A stretch of DNA of 64,000 nt from Eledone cirrhosa. Its lineage: Eukaryota. Below, one piece after another: positions 14,070-26,900 of this stretch (its first letter is position 1; every line of letters begins with the position of its first letter). The DNA lies in the NCBI GenBank assembly GCA_964016885.1, contig OZ024750.1, forward strand, positions 10,850,001 to 10,914,000. Direction: 5' to 3'. The notes beneath the pieces are model-generated. The model searched no databases, was not told the DNA's origin, and was given only the letters and a program-made list of their open reading frames with translations. The translations under genes were made by a program, and so were the position numbers.

Positions 14070-14298
14070 TTAACCCTTTAGCATTTACATTAGTCTATAT
14101 TTACTATTATATTTTCACAGAAAAGGCTTTACTTCATATAAATATCTCACATAATATTGAATCTATGAGATTTTGATAATATTTATTTTGAGAACAATAC
14201 CTTAATATCAGTATGAGTAGCCGGTTACAGCCGGTTTGAACAGAAAGAGGTGAGAGAATTCTGGCCGAATATGGCCGGTTTAAATGCTAAAGGGTTAA
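14070..14298. mobile_element. piggyBac-type MITE
   Basis: TTAA-CCCTTTAGCATTTA ... TAAATGCTAAAGGG-TTAA. Confidence 0.8.
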
Positions 14299-15304
14299 TA
14301 TACCTAAGATATGAAGAAAAAAAAAGGCACAGGTGGAAAAACTGATAAATATTTAGCATATTTAATTTAATTAAAAAAATTCTCATAATAGGTAATTCTT
14401 AATTGAAATGCCACAAAAATTATCTCATTTAATCACTTCTGATAATAAAGTTAGAAAAAAGCCTAAAAATAAATTAATGGGCCTAGATTAAAGTGAATGT
14501 TTTGTCCGTCACTTTGGATTGTGAGATGTTCTTGTGAACTTTATTACAATCTTTACACAGATTCTTCAAACTTTGGGAAAGATCTGTATGTATATTCTTT
14601 GTCCTTTTCTGTGGGGTTTGACTTTTTTTTTTAAGGATGTAACCCTTTTATTTATTCAACAAAATTTATACAATGAGGGAAACATTAAAAAAAGGATAAA
14701 AACAAAATTAAGTAATGAAAAAAAAAGAGGAAGATTTAAAGAAGGGCAGATCTGGCTATATAGGAATGTAAAGGAAAGGACTATAAATACCATAAATGAG
14801 AAGAAAAGGGGGGAAAGAGCAAGGACTATTAGACAACAGAAGAAAGAAAGAGGGAAGGGGAGAGGTTGACAGACTCTACACCTAGGTCAGAGTGGTGTTT
14901 CAGCTGCACCCCCACAGACAAAATTACAAAAGCACTTCTGTAGACAATGGCCAGCAACACCCACTGTACCAGTCACATCACATCGTGGAGCTCCTTCCTC
15001 AGACAGGTTGCTATCAATCTGATTTTACAGAGGAGGTCAGCTTTCCAGGTTCTGAGGACGCCTGAGGTCTCAACAGCGACTGATACAAAGAAGAAGCAGC
15101 TGGACAAGCTCTGCTATTTGCTAGTCCTTCTGTCCTCTGCATTGCGAGCCGTGGTACCGAGATTTGTGGCTTCCACTACAATTCCCTTCACAGGATTCAT
15201 AACATTTGTGACACTAACACTCCCTTCGGGTTATTTTATAGTAAAAATTATAAAATATTAACAACAAATTCTGTAAACGATAACATTTTATGTATATTAT
15301 AATC

Positions 15305-15575
15305 CCCAAAGTCAGCTCAAAAGTGACACAGAAGAGACTGAGGTTAGCTGGACATGCTCACTGACATCCAGAGTTGACATTGCACTCAGTACTCCTGTGG
15401 GAGTCCCTACATGGACACACTGGAAGAGGAAGACCAAGGTTAACGTATGTTGATGCCCTAAGGACAGACACTGGTCTGTTGGAGACGCAGGACATGGCAG
15501 TGATAATGAGGGACAGAGACCGCTGGAGAGAACTCGTCCATGGATCTCGGGAATTTTACCCGCCCTAGATAGATA
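15305..15575 (+). mobile_element. RTE-like LINE 3' fragment (family A)
   Basis: Same C-terminus ..RDRDRWRELVHGSREFYPP plus (TAGA)n tail. Confidence 0.9.
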
Positions 15576-16226
15576 ATCACAAAATAAAAAGTAAGTGAAT
15601 CTAACAGTGTATATATGTCTAACCCATGCAAGTGTGGAAAGATAGATGTTAAATGATGATGATGATGATGATGTTATATGAAGGAGGTGAAGTTTGAATC
15701 CATAATATATCATTTATCTTATGTATTTATGTGAGTTGTGTGATGATGATGATGATGATGGTGATGGTATTGGTGGTGGTGGAGGTATTGCAGGTGCTGC
15801 TGATGATGATGGTGGTGGTATTGGTGGTGATGGTGATGATGATGAGTGTTGGTGGTATTGGTGGACGTAATGATGATGATGATGGCGTGTGTGTGTGTAT
15901 GTGTTTTAAATGGTTGTTATGACTTGTCGACAATGTAGTTTGTTTCAGCACCAACAGACAACCTCAGATCTACTTACTTGTCAAATGAACCCCCTCCCCT
16001 CCTCTCTAAAAAAAAAAAATATATATATATATTCTTTAAAAAAAAATGTATATAAAAAAACTTCAAAGTTGATTTAATAGTCAGAATATAAGATAGACAT
16101 GTCACTGTAAATATATACAAAGTCACTGCTGATATAAGTCCTACCAGGTTAACAATGTGACATAATATATTTATGATGACTTTTCTGAAATTCTATTAGA
16201 ATTTATCTTTTTGTTTTATCATATTT

Positions 16227-17352
16227 GGTACAGTTATGGCTGTGTGGTTAGTGTTGGGTCTGTTAGGTACAGTTATGGCTGTGTGGTTAAAGTGTTGGGT
16301 CTGTTAGGTACAGTTATGGCTGTGTGGTTAAAGTGTTGAGTTTGTTAGGTACAGTTATGGCTGTGTGGTTAAAGTGTTGAGTTTGTTAGGTACAGTTATG
16401 GCTGTGTGGTTAGTGTTGGGTCTGTTAGGTACAGTTATGGCTGTGTGGTTAAAGTGTTGGGTCTGTTAGGTACAGTTATGGCTGTGTGGTTAAAGTGTTG
16501 AGTTTGTTAGGTACAGTTATGGCTGTGTGGTTAGTGTTGGGTTTGTTAGGTACAGTTATGGCTGTGTGGTTAAAGTGTTGAGTTTGTTAGGTACAGTTAT
16601 GGCTGTGTGGTTAAAGTATTGGGTTTGTTAGGTACAGTTATGGCTGTGTGGTTAAAGTGTTGAGTTTGTTAGGTACAGTTATGGCTGTGTGGTTAGTGTT
16701 GAGTTTGTTAGGTACAGTTATGGCTGTGTGGTTAGTGTTGGGTCTGTTAGGTACAGTTATGGCTGTGTGGTTAGTGTTGGGTTTGTTAGGTACAGTTATG
16801 GCTGTGTGGTTAGTGTTGGGTCTGTTAGGTACAGTTATGGCTGTGTGGTTAAAGTGTTGAGTTTGTTAGGTACAGTTATGGCTGTGTGGTTAAAGTGTTG
16901 AGTTTGTTAGGTACAGTTATGGCTGTGTGGTTAGTGTTGGGTCTGTTAGGTACAGTTATGGCTGTGTGGTTAAAGTGTTGAGTTTGTTAGGTACAGTTAT
17001 GGCTGTGTGGTTAAAGTGTTGGGTCTGTTAGGTACAGTTATGGCTGTGTGGTTAGTGTTGGGTCTGTTAGGTATAGTTATGGCTGTGTGGTTAAAGTGTT
17101 GAGTTTGTTAGGTACAGTTATGGCTGTGTGGTTAAAGTGTTGGGTTTGTTAGGTACAGTTATGGCTGTGTGGTTAAAGTGTTGGGTTTGTTAGGTACAGT
17201 TATGGCTGTGTGGTTAAAGTGTTGAGTTTGTTAGGTACAGTTATGGCTGTGTGGTTAAAGTGTTGAGTTTGTTAGGTACAGTTATGGCTGTGTGGTTAAG
17301 GTGTTGGGGTTGTTAGGTACAGTTATGGCTGTGTGGCTAAAGTGTTGGGTCT
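16227..17352. repeat. 39/41-bp minisatellite (~28 copies)
   Basis: ggtacagttatggctgtgtggtt(aa)agtgttg(a/g)gt(t/c)tgtta. Confidence 0.95.
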
Positions 17353-17884
17353 ATTTGGCTTTAACTTATATAATACCCCAACCAAGGTTTCATTGAGATA
17401 TTTACGTATTAGAGACAGTTAACTTTATAGAATTATGAATTAATTATATATGGGGCATATAGCTTCTAAGAATAATGGAAAAAGCTGGTTCATTTAAAAC
17501 CTGTGGAAGAATGAAACAAAGAAAGACTTAGAACAAAGTTATGAAGAACCCTTAATGATGCTATGTCATCTACATGGAACTGAACCTTATGTAGATGACA
17601 CAGTATCAAGTTGACCAGTGCTATGTCATAATACAAAACAGAAACAAAACAAACCATCCACCAGTAGAAGTTCGGTGACACTAGAAGTAACCATGGTGAG
17701 AGACCAGAGTCTATATAATATCTGACAATTGTTCAGAGGCTATACAATATCTGACAATTGACCAGAGTCTATATATCTGACAATTTGCCTTTCATCCTTA
17801 CGGGGGTTGATAAAATAAAGTATCAGTAATGTACTGGGTACATTACTGGCCTTGTGCCAAATGTAGAAACAATTATTATTATTG

Positions 17885-17985
17885 TTATTCTGCTTTTTGT
17901 TGGACTGTGTCGTTGCTTACAATAATTCGTTTCAGAAGTCTGCGAGGAGTTGCTTTCATTAAATTTGGAAGTTTCTTGAAATCGC
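17885..17985 (-). CDS. DSN1: DSN1 terminal exon (SDFKKLPNLMKATPRRLLKRIIVSNDTVQQKAE*)
   Basis: cttatttcag acceptor, phase 1; TPRRLLK resembles the Dsn1 C-terminal PxxLL motif; TAA stop. Confidence 0.8.
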
Positions 17986-20900
17986 CTGAAATAAGAAACA
18001 AACATGAATTAGAAAAAAAAAAAAAAAAAAAATGTTATGGTTGACATTTGACAGAGTAATGTAAATACTAAAAGGTTAAATATAAAACAAAAATAACAAA
18101 AGTAACCAGAAAAAAAATCGTTGATACTAACTTTTTGTGAATGATGAATGTAAGTCATCTACTTGTGAATGGATATCTCTGGCTGACTCATGGAGAATAT
18201 TACTGGCAGTTTGCAAATATTTCATCTGTGATGGAAGAATCAAAGATATTTATTAAAAAACAACATACGAAACAAACTAACCAAGCTTATGGCAATGATG
18301 ATGATTGACAATGATGATGATTGGCTAACAAAATACCAAAAATATATACTGGAACCTTTATATTGCTCACTATCATTTCAATTGTTATTTTCTTAGTTGG
18401 GCATGAACTAAATCAACATTTGCCATTCCTATCAAACTTACATCATAGGTTAATAGTTTAACCCTTTAGTTACCAACCCAGCCCAAACTACCTTTAGTTC
18501 TACAATATATAACTATTTATTTTAACCCTTTAGTTACCAACCTGGCCAAAACTACCCTTAGTTCTACAATATATATCTGCTTGTTTTAACCCTTTAGTTA
18601 CAAACCCAGTCAAAACCAGCTCTGGTTTTATGAAATAAAATCCCCCATTCTAAAGGTTTCCAATTTTTTTAATTTAAAATCTTCCAACATAATTTTATAT
18701 AAGAACCTTTCATTACATTACTATCTTAGTAATGAAATAATTAATAATTCTAGCAAATCCCTCATAATGCTTCATTAATTAATTAAGATAAAGTGTATTT
18801 CATTAGGAATACAGCCATGAAAGGGTTAAGAGTCATCATCATCATCATGTATGTTATATGCTGACTAAGGGACATGAGATGCCGGTTGTCTGAAATTCGG
18901 TCAAATTTGCAGATGATAACATGATAGACTTATGCAATCTTTGTCTAATGCCTCGAAAATGTACATAACAGAAATTATTTAATAAACTAAAGTATGGAAA
19001 TGTAGAACCGTCTCTCTCTCTATATATATACACATATAGATAAGTATGTATGTAGTCATGGGTGTTGTACATTTGTGTCTGTCTCTGTCCTAACATTGAT
19101 ACCACTTTCATGTACTTGAATAGAAAGAACAAAACTATGACTTACACTGATGTCAGCTTGTATGAGGGCTCGATCAATTGTCTTATGTATTTTCTCTGGA
19201 TCAAATTGAATTGCAGGAAGATATTTGGCAGAGGCATCTAAAATAACTTCAGGAAGATCTTCATAATTTTTCAACTTTTTTATATCTTGCCTAAACAACA
19301 AAAACAACAATAATAATAATAATGGTTTCATATATAGGCACAAGGCCAGCAATTTTTGGGGAGGGGAAAGTCGATTAAATCAACCCCAGTGTGTGATTGG
19401 TACTTTATTTTATCGACCCCTGTAAGGATGAAAGGCAAAGTTAACCTGGGCGGGATTTGAACTCAGATCATAAAGGGCCGTAACTCTATGCTGTAAAGCA
19501 TGGCGTCCGTCCATCTACCAATACTGCCAATCCGCCGCCAATAATAAAAATAATATAAACAAAAGGCCTATAAATTGTTCTTTAAAAGCCAGTACAATGC
19601 GGCAGAAAAATACGAAGAGCAAATGATGACAAATGAAACAAAACAGACGAAAAAGTTTTTCTTTTTATTCTGTTTTGCTTAACGTCCATTTTTCCATGCC
19701 AGCATGGGTTAGACGAATTTTCCAGTTGTGAGACAAGTCCGATCAGGTTATCCAGTCTTGCTCATACAGAACTGGTTCTGGTTTGGTTTCCATGGCAGGA
19801 TGCCTTTCCTAATGCCAACAGTGTGGACTGGGCGCTTTTTGTTGCAACATCTACACAACCACTTGATAGTGTGTGCCGGGCACTTTTTGTTGTCACCAAC
19901 ACAACCACTTTACAGTGTGGGCCAGGCACTTCTTGTTGTGTCACCAACGCAACCACTTTACAGTGTGGGCCGGGCACTTTTTGTTGCGTCACCAACGCAA
20001 CCACTTTACAGTGTGGGCCAGGCACTTTTTGTTGTGTCACCAACGCAACCACTTTACAGTGTGGGCCAGGCACTTTTTGTTGTCACCAACGCAACCAATT
20101 TACAGTGTGGGCCGGGCACTTTTTGTTGCATCACCAACGCAACCACTTTACAGTATGGGCCAGGCACTTTTTGTTGTGTCACCAACGCAACCACTTTACA
20201 GTGTGGGCCGGGCACTTTTTGTTGTGTCACCAACGCAACCACTTTACAGTGTGGGCCAGGCACTTTTTGTTGTGTCACTAACGCAACCACTTTACAGTGT
20301 GGGCCGGGCACTTTTTGTTGTGTCACCAACGCAACCACTTTACAGTGTGGGCCAGGCACTTTTTGTTGTGTCACCAACGCAACCACTTTACAGTGTGGGT
20401 TGGGCATGTTTGTTGTCACCAACACAACCACTTTACAGTGTGGACTGGGCACCTAGGTGGAGGGGTGTGTAGGGATTGGGGAGGTAGATCTAGGGATATG
20501 GGAGGTGGAGGAGCATACTAGATGCATGCTTCAACAACAACAAGAATAACTTACAGTTCAGCATCGTTAGCCATCTTTTTGGTTTTGCTCTTCATTTCGT
20601 CCCAACAGCTTGATTCCTCCTCATAACTGTTTAACAGGAAACAAAGTTCAATATTTATCACTGATACAGAAACAATACCACAGCCACCACTACAACCACC
20701 ACCACCACCACTACAACCACTACTACCACCATAGCCACGACTACAACCACCCCCACCACCACCACTACCATAACCACAGCCACCACTACAACCACCACCA
20801 CTACCATAGCCATCACCACAGCCACCACCACCACTACAGCCACCACTACAACCACCACCACTACCATAACCCCCACCACCACCACAGCCACCACTACCAT

Positions 20901-23900
20901 AACCATCAGCACAGCCACCACTACCATAACCATCACCACAGCCACCACCACTACAACCACCACCACTACCATAACCATCAGCACAGCCACCACCACCACC
21001 ACCACCACAGCCACCATCACTACAACCACCACCACCACTACCATAACCATCAGCACAGCCACCACTACAACCACCACCACCACCACCACAGCCACCATCA
21101 CTACAACCACCACCACCACTACCATAACCATCACCACAGCCACCACTACAACTACCATCACCACCACGAACACCATCACTACAGCCACCACCACCACCTG
21201 CCACACCATAGCCCCCACAACCATCACAGTCACCATACCCCCCCCCCCATAACCACTGCCACAGCCACCACTACAACTACCATCACCACCACCACCACCA
21301 CCACAGCCCCCACAACCATCAGTCACCATACCCCCCCCATAACCATCACCACGAACACCATCACTACAGCCACCACCACCACAGCCCCCACAACCATCAC
21401 AGTCACCATACCCCCCCCCCCCCCATAACCATCACCACAGCCACCACTACAACTACCATCACCACCATGAACACCATCACTACAGCCACCACCACCACCA
21501 CCACCACAGCCACCATCACTACAACCACCACCACCACTACCATAACCATCAGCACAGCCACCACTACAACCACCACCACCACAGCCACCATCACTACAAC
21601 CACCACCACAACTACCATAACCATCACCACAGCCACCACTACAACTACCATCACCACCACGAACACCATCACTACAGCCACCACCACCACCTGCCACACC
21701 ATAGCCCCCACAACCATCACAGTCACCATACCCCCCCCCCCCCCATAACCACTGCCACAGCCACCACTACAACTACCATCACCACCACCACCACCACCAC
21801 AGCCCCCACAACCATCAGTCACCATACCCCCCCCATAACCATCACCACGAACACCATCACTACAGCCACCACCACCACAGCCCCCACAACCATCACAGTC
21901 ACCATACCCCCCCCCCCCCCCCCCCATAACCATCACCACAGCCACCACTACAACTACCATCACCACCATGAACACCATCACTACAGCCACCACCACCACC
22001 ACCACCACAGCCCCCACAACCATCACAGTCACCATACCCCCCCTATAACCACTGCCACAGCCACCATCACCACATTTACTGATTGAAGATAAATTCTAAG
22101 AATATTGATTAAAATGAGAAAGAAAAGAAAAGAAACGTTTGATTTGTTTAACTTTAAGTGCTGCTAATATGGAAAAAGCTTAGCATAATTTTATAATTGT
22201 TTACAAGGGAAATGTTGTCAGCCTGTAAGACTTGTGAGGGGAAGAGCAGAAAGATGGCTAGATTCAAACTAGACAAATGGCCTAAATACTTGGAAGAGGG
22301 AATTCTACAATGCTTGGATGAACTGAGAGTAACAACTGAGTATATGAGGAATGAGGGGAAGCATGTAAGAAAGAAGATTGCACTGGTATCGACATGTGAT
22401 GTGCATAGATAATGGTCACTGGGTGAAGAGATGCCAGGAAATGCCCTTCTTATCACCAACCACTTTACAGAGTGTACTGGGTGCCTTCTGTCATGGTACC
22501 AGCAATAGAGAGAGAGGGAGAGAGAGAGAGAGTTATGTCCTCAACAAGACAGCAGAGTCCTCTCTACCATACAAAGCATTATAACAATGAAAAATACTTA
22601 CGTGTTTATAAGGGATTTGTATGAACCAATTGTAGTTTCCAGTGTTTTACCAACAGGATTCACTGAACAGCTGTAATAAAGAAAACATTGTTACAAGTGG
22701 TATATATACATAATTGTTTCTATTTTTGGCACAAGGCCAGCAATTAAATCAGTGCATTACTGGTACTTTATTTTATCGACCCCCGTAAAGATGTATATAT
22801 ATACAAAATGGCTGCATCACAGTCTGGAGAATTGCCATCCCTTGAGCTTTTACTCATACATGAGTGGCACAAACATGACCTTTTAGCCCTTCCAAGGACT
22901 TAGATTCCTTTCTGCATATGTTGCAGAAAATTGAAAAAAGAAAAGGCGATGCTCACGCAACACAAGTAAAAGTTATTTAGGTCAAGTAATGCCTGTGTTT
23001 GAAGCTTCTTTAACTGAAGAAAGGCCTTACACTGGACCAATACAGTAAATTTATTCCAAGGGAAATAACCCCAATAAATTAATAATGAGTTACCTCCCTG
23101 ATGCTACACTGCACCAGATGGTAGTCATAGTCATATGGAATAAGAAATTGTGAAACAAGCCTGAACAATCTTTTGGATTCAGAGGATGTCTCGGATATTA
23201 ATATGAAAATCCATTTGGTGAAATTTTCCGATAGCAAAACAGATCCATATTTAACTGTATTTACATAATATAAAATTTTGAAAAAAAAATGAAGCTTGTA
23301 TGCTCCGATGGATGTGTGATAGGAATATACATGAAAGATGAAGTGTCAATATACTGAGACACTGGGAATAAGAAAGGAGACAGCGGTAGTATGGAAATGT
23401 GATGTGTATGGAGGATGACACCTGTATCAAAAGGTATAGGGCACTTGAAAATGAAGGAAACTATGGAAGCAGAAGAACCAGGATAATGTGGGATGAAGTG
23501 ATAAAAGCTGACCTTGCACAATTAAACGTTTCAAAGGTGATGACACAGGATCAAGACCTCTGGTGATATATTCTACTGCAGAAGATTCGCTTTTTCATGT
23601 ACACAGCATGAAGCAAACATCCAGAAGACACAACAAAATGGCAGTCCACCCTGTAGATGGCCGTACTGGTGTCATGATCAAAAAGCAACATTGCCTTTCC
23701 CTTGGACAACATCGGTAGCATGTCCTTGTGAAACCAGGGGGCGTCATATACCAAGGGGCATCCAATAGGCCAGACCATACAGTGAACAGGGTTGAAATTT
23801 CAGAACAAAAACACAATTAACCCTTTAGCATTTACATTACTCTATATCTACTAATGTAGTTTTGTGGTAAAGGTTTTATCTCAAATAATATTGAATCTAT

Positions 23901-26900
23901 GAGATTTTGTTCGATATTATATATTTTGAGACCAATACCTTAACATAGGTATGAGTGGTCAGTTACGGCCAGTTTGAACAGAAAGAGAATTCTGGCTGCC
24001 AGATACAGCCAGTTTAAATGCCGTAAGGGGTTAAAGAAAGAAATATATTAGAATGAAAATGCAAATCTAACAGTAATAGAAGGAAGAATAACATACCTTT
24101 CTTTGTGTGTAAAATTATAGAAGATGTTTTGATCAATCATTTCATTGATTTTGGCATTAACAGCAGCTTCAACTGAAATATAGGAGAAATTGTTGAAAAT
24201 CTATAAGTGAAAATCAATAAAAGATATAAGAAATATATAATAGTCAACCACTTCAAGGATGGTCCAAATGGTGCAGTGGACAGCTGAAAACTTGGCTGCA
24301 CAATTTGGTGGGAGGGGAAAGTCGATTAAATCTACCCCAGTGTGTTAGTGGTACGCCATTTTATCGACCTCGTAAGGATGAATGGCAAAGCTAATCTCAA
24401 CGGGGTTTTAACTCAGAACATAAAGTGCAAGTAACTCTATGTTGCAAAGCATGTTGTCCGATGCTCTACCGATTCTGCCGATTCACTGCCCTTGGTGGTT
24501 ATTAATAATAGTTTATGATTTAGGCACAAGGCCAGCAATTTGAAGGGATGGGGAAAGTCGATTAAATCGACTCCAATGCATGACTGGTACTTTATTTTAT
24601 CAACCCTGTAAGGATGAAAGGCAAAGCTAAACTTGGCAGGATTTGAACTCAGAACATAAAGTGCATGTAACTATATGCCACAAAGCATCTGGTCCGACTC
24701 TCTACCAATTCTGCCAAACCATTGCCCTTGGTGGTTATTATTAATAATGGTTTCTTATATAGGCACAAGGCCAGCAATTTTTGGGGGAAGAGAAAATCGA
24801 TTAAATAGACTCCAGTGCGCTACTGGTACTTTATTTTATAGACCCCATAAGGATGAAAGGCAAAGCTAACCTTGACGGGATTTGAACTTAGAACATAAAG
24901 GGACGTAACTATATGCTGCAAAGCATCTGGTCCAACACTACCGATTCAGCCAACCCACAACCCATGATGGTTATTAATAATAATATCAAATTACCTTCAT
25001 CACAGATATTTGTTTCTTCCAAACTTGGTATGTCATTTGTAAGAATATTCAATGTACACTGAAAAAAAAAAAAAAAAAAGAATTCATATACAGGGTGTCC
25101 CCCAAAAATGTATACATATCTATTAGAATGCTGTTGAAATGTATATACATTTTTTGGAGACACCCTGTATATAATGATGGTGCCCCAGCATGGCCTTAGC
25201 CTGTCAGCTGGAACACTTGATAGAGTAATACCATCATCAAAATCATTGCTTATTAAACATGTGGCTATTTAGCTTTTTTGTAATTTAATTTAATCTTCTG
25301 TATTTAGTTCGTTAGAGCGTTGGGATTGTAATTGAGAGGTTGTGAGTTCAATTCTTGGACTGAGATGCATTGTCCTTGAGCAAGTTTATTTCACGTTGCT
25401 CCAGTTTACACAGCTGTAGAAATGAGTTGCGAAGTCACCAGTTCCAAGCTGTATTGGTCATTGCCTTTCCGTTGGATGACATCAATGGATTGGAGAGGGG
25501 AGACAGGTATACATGGGCACTGCTGGTCTTCCACAAACACACCTTGTCCAGGCTTGTACCTTGAAAGGAAAACTATCTAGATGAAAAACCATGGTCATTA
25601 ATGACTGACAAGGGCCTTTAAACTGATTTTAGTATTTCAGTACTAAATTATTTAGTCCATTTAATTGTTTGTCTAATAAGGTTAACTATCTTAATGAAAA
25701 ATACTTTTATTCTTTTGCTGTTTAGTTTAAATTTTTTGGTTTATATTTCATTATCATCATCATCACTGTTTAACATCTATTTTCCACACCAGCATGGGCT
25801 ATCCTAGTTAATTTTTTTTGGATGGTTGTGATTTCTATCTGGTTCTAATTGTCACTCTCGGGTCTTGAATAACCCTACCCTCTTCTCAAATTATTAATTT
25901 TCCAGATTTTTTCCAATGTCTCCACTGCTTATTAAATTTTGCTAATCTATCTCTGTCAAAATTTTATTTTAAGTGGTAGCATTCCTGCAACAATTTTCTG
26001 TAGACATTATATAACATTATACATGACAAACAAAGAAAACTTTACAAATGTTGTATATCTTTTAATTTCTATTTTGTTGGTGATTTAAATGAAGCTGTTT
26101 TACATACCTTTACACATTTCTTAGCCAACTCTGACAATTGCAAGTCAGCAGGAAGGCTCTGCTTGATATTACAAGTAACATCTGAAATTAGAAAATACAT
26201 ATTTACAGAAAGGTTAGGCATCATGATTGACGTTCTATATTTTAAATTTGTAATTAGTTAGAATAGCAGTCGGTTCATCTCATCAAGCCATATAAATAGC
26301 CACAATCTCACTAACAAAGACAACTTTCCAAGTTAATTCTGTTAACATTTTCAAGGTTTAGTATTATAATGTGCAAGCATGTATGGTCCCATAATTCCCA
26401 AGGGAATATTAGGGGCATTGTATTGATATAAGGTGTTTCTAGGGAATTTTAAAACCTGGTGGAGCCCATCTCTTCTCCAGGTCTGAATACAGCAGATTTC
26501 TTCCAGAGAATCATAGAGAGTGAGAGAATGGAAGTGAGAAAGAGATATAGCGGAAGCATCGACCCAGTATTAGACTGGTACTTTTTATATCAACCTCGAA
26601 AAGATGAAAGGCAAAGTTGACCTCGGTGGGATTTGAACTCAGAGAGCAGAGAGTCGGAACCTATCCAACGTCCTAATGACTCTGCCAATTCTCCGCCTCA
26701 TCCTGATGTGAAGAAACAGTAAAACAAAAGGCTCAGAGATTGTTCCTTATCATTCAAGAAAAGACTCAGAGCTTGCTCTTGACCACTGCACTGATCTTTG
26801 TGAAGAAAGACTCAAAACATGCTTTAGAGATTTATTATTGAATTGAGTTTTATTACAGTTATCATAATTATGTCAAAGGAAGAAGGTAATGTGGCAAAAT

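Noticed and set aside
16227-17352. CRISPR-like regular arrays (also 27130-27805, 45560-46490)
   Set aside because: No unique spacers, no cas genes, eukaryotic context
18854-18986. Alternative DSN1 terminal exon (LLNNFCYVHFRG..)
   Set aside because: Wrong phase after the 19146 donor (early stop); 18132-18225 plus 17885-17985 fit both phase and motif
19728-20472. Cys-rich 16-aa repeat ORFs (GPGTFCCVTNATTLQC)
   Set aside because: A 48-bp minisatellite open in several frames, inside a DSN1 intron; no signal peptide or splice support
20610-22035. His-rich, Gly-rich and Thr-rich ORFs resembling beak, shell or mucin proteins
   Set aside because: Intronic triplet array, frameshifted at poly-C runs and open in most frames
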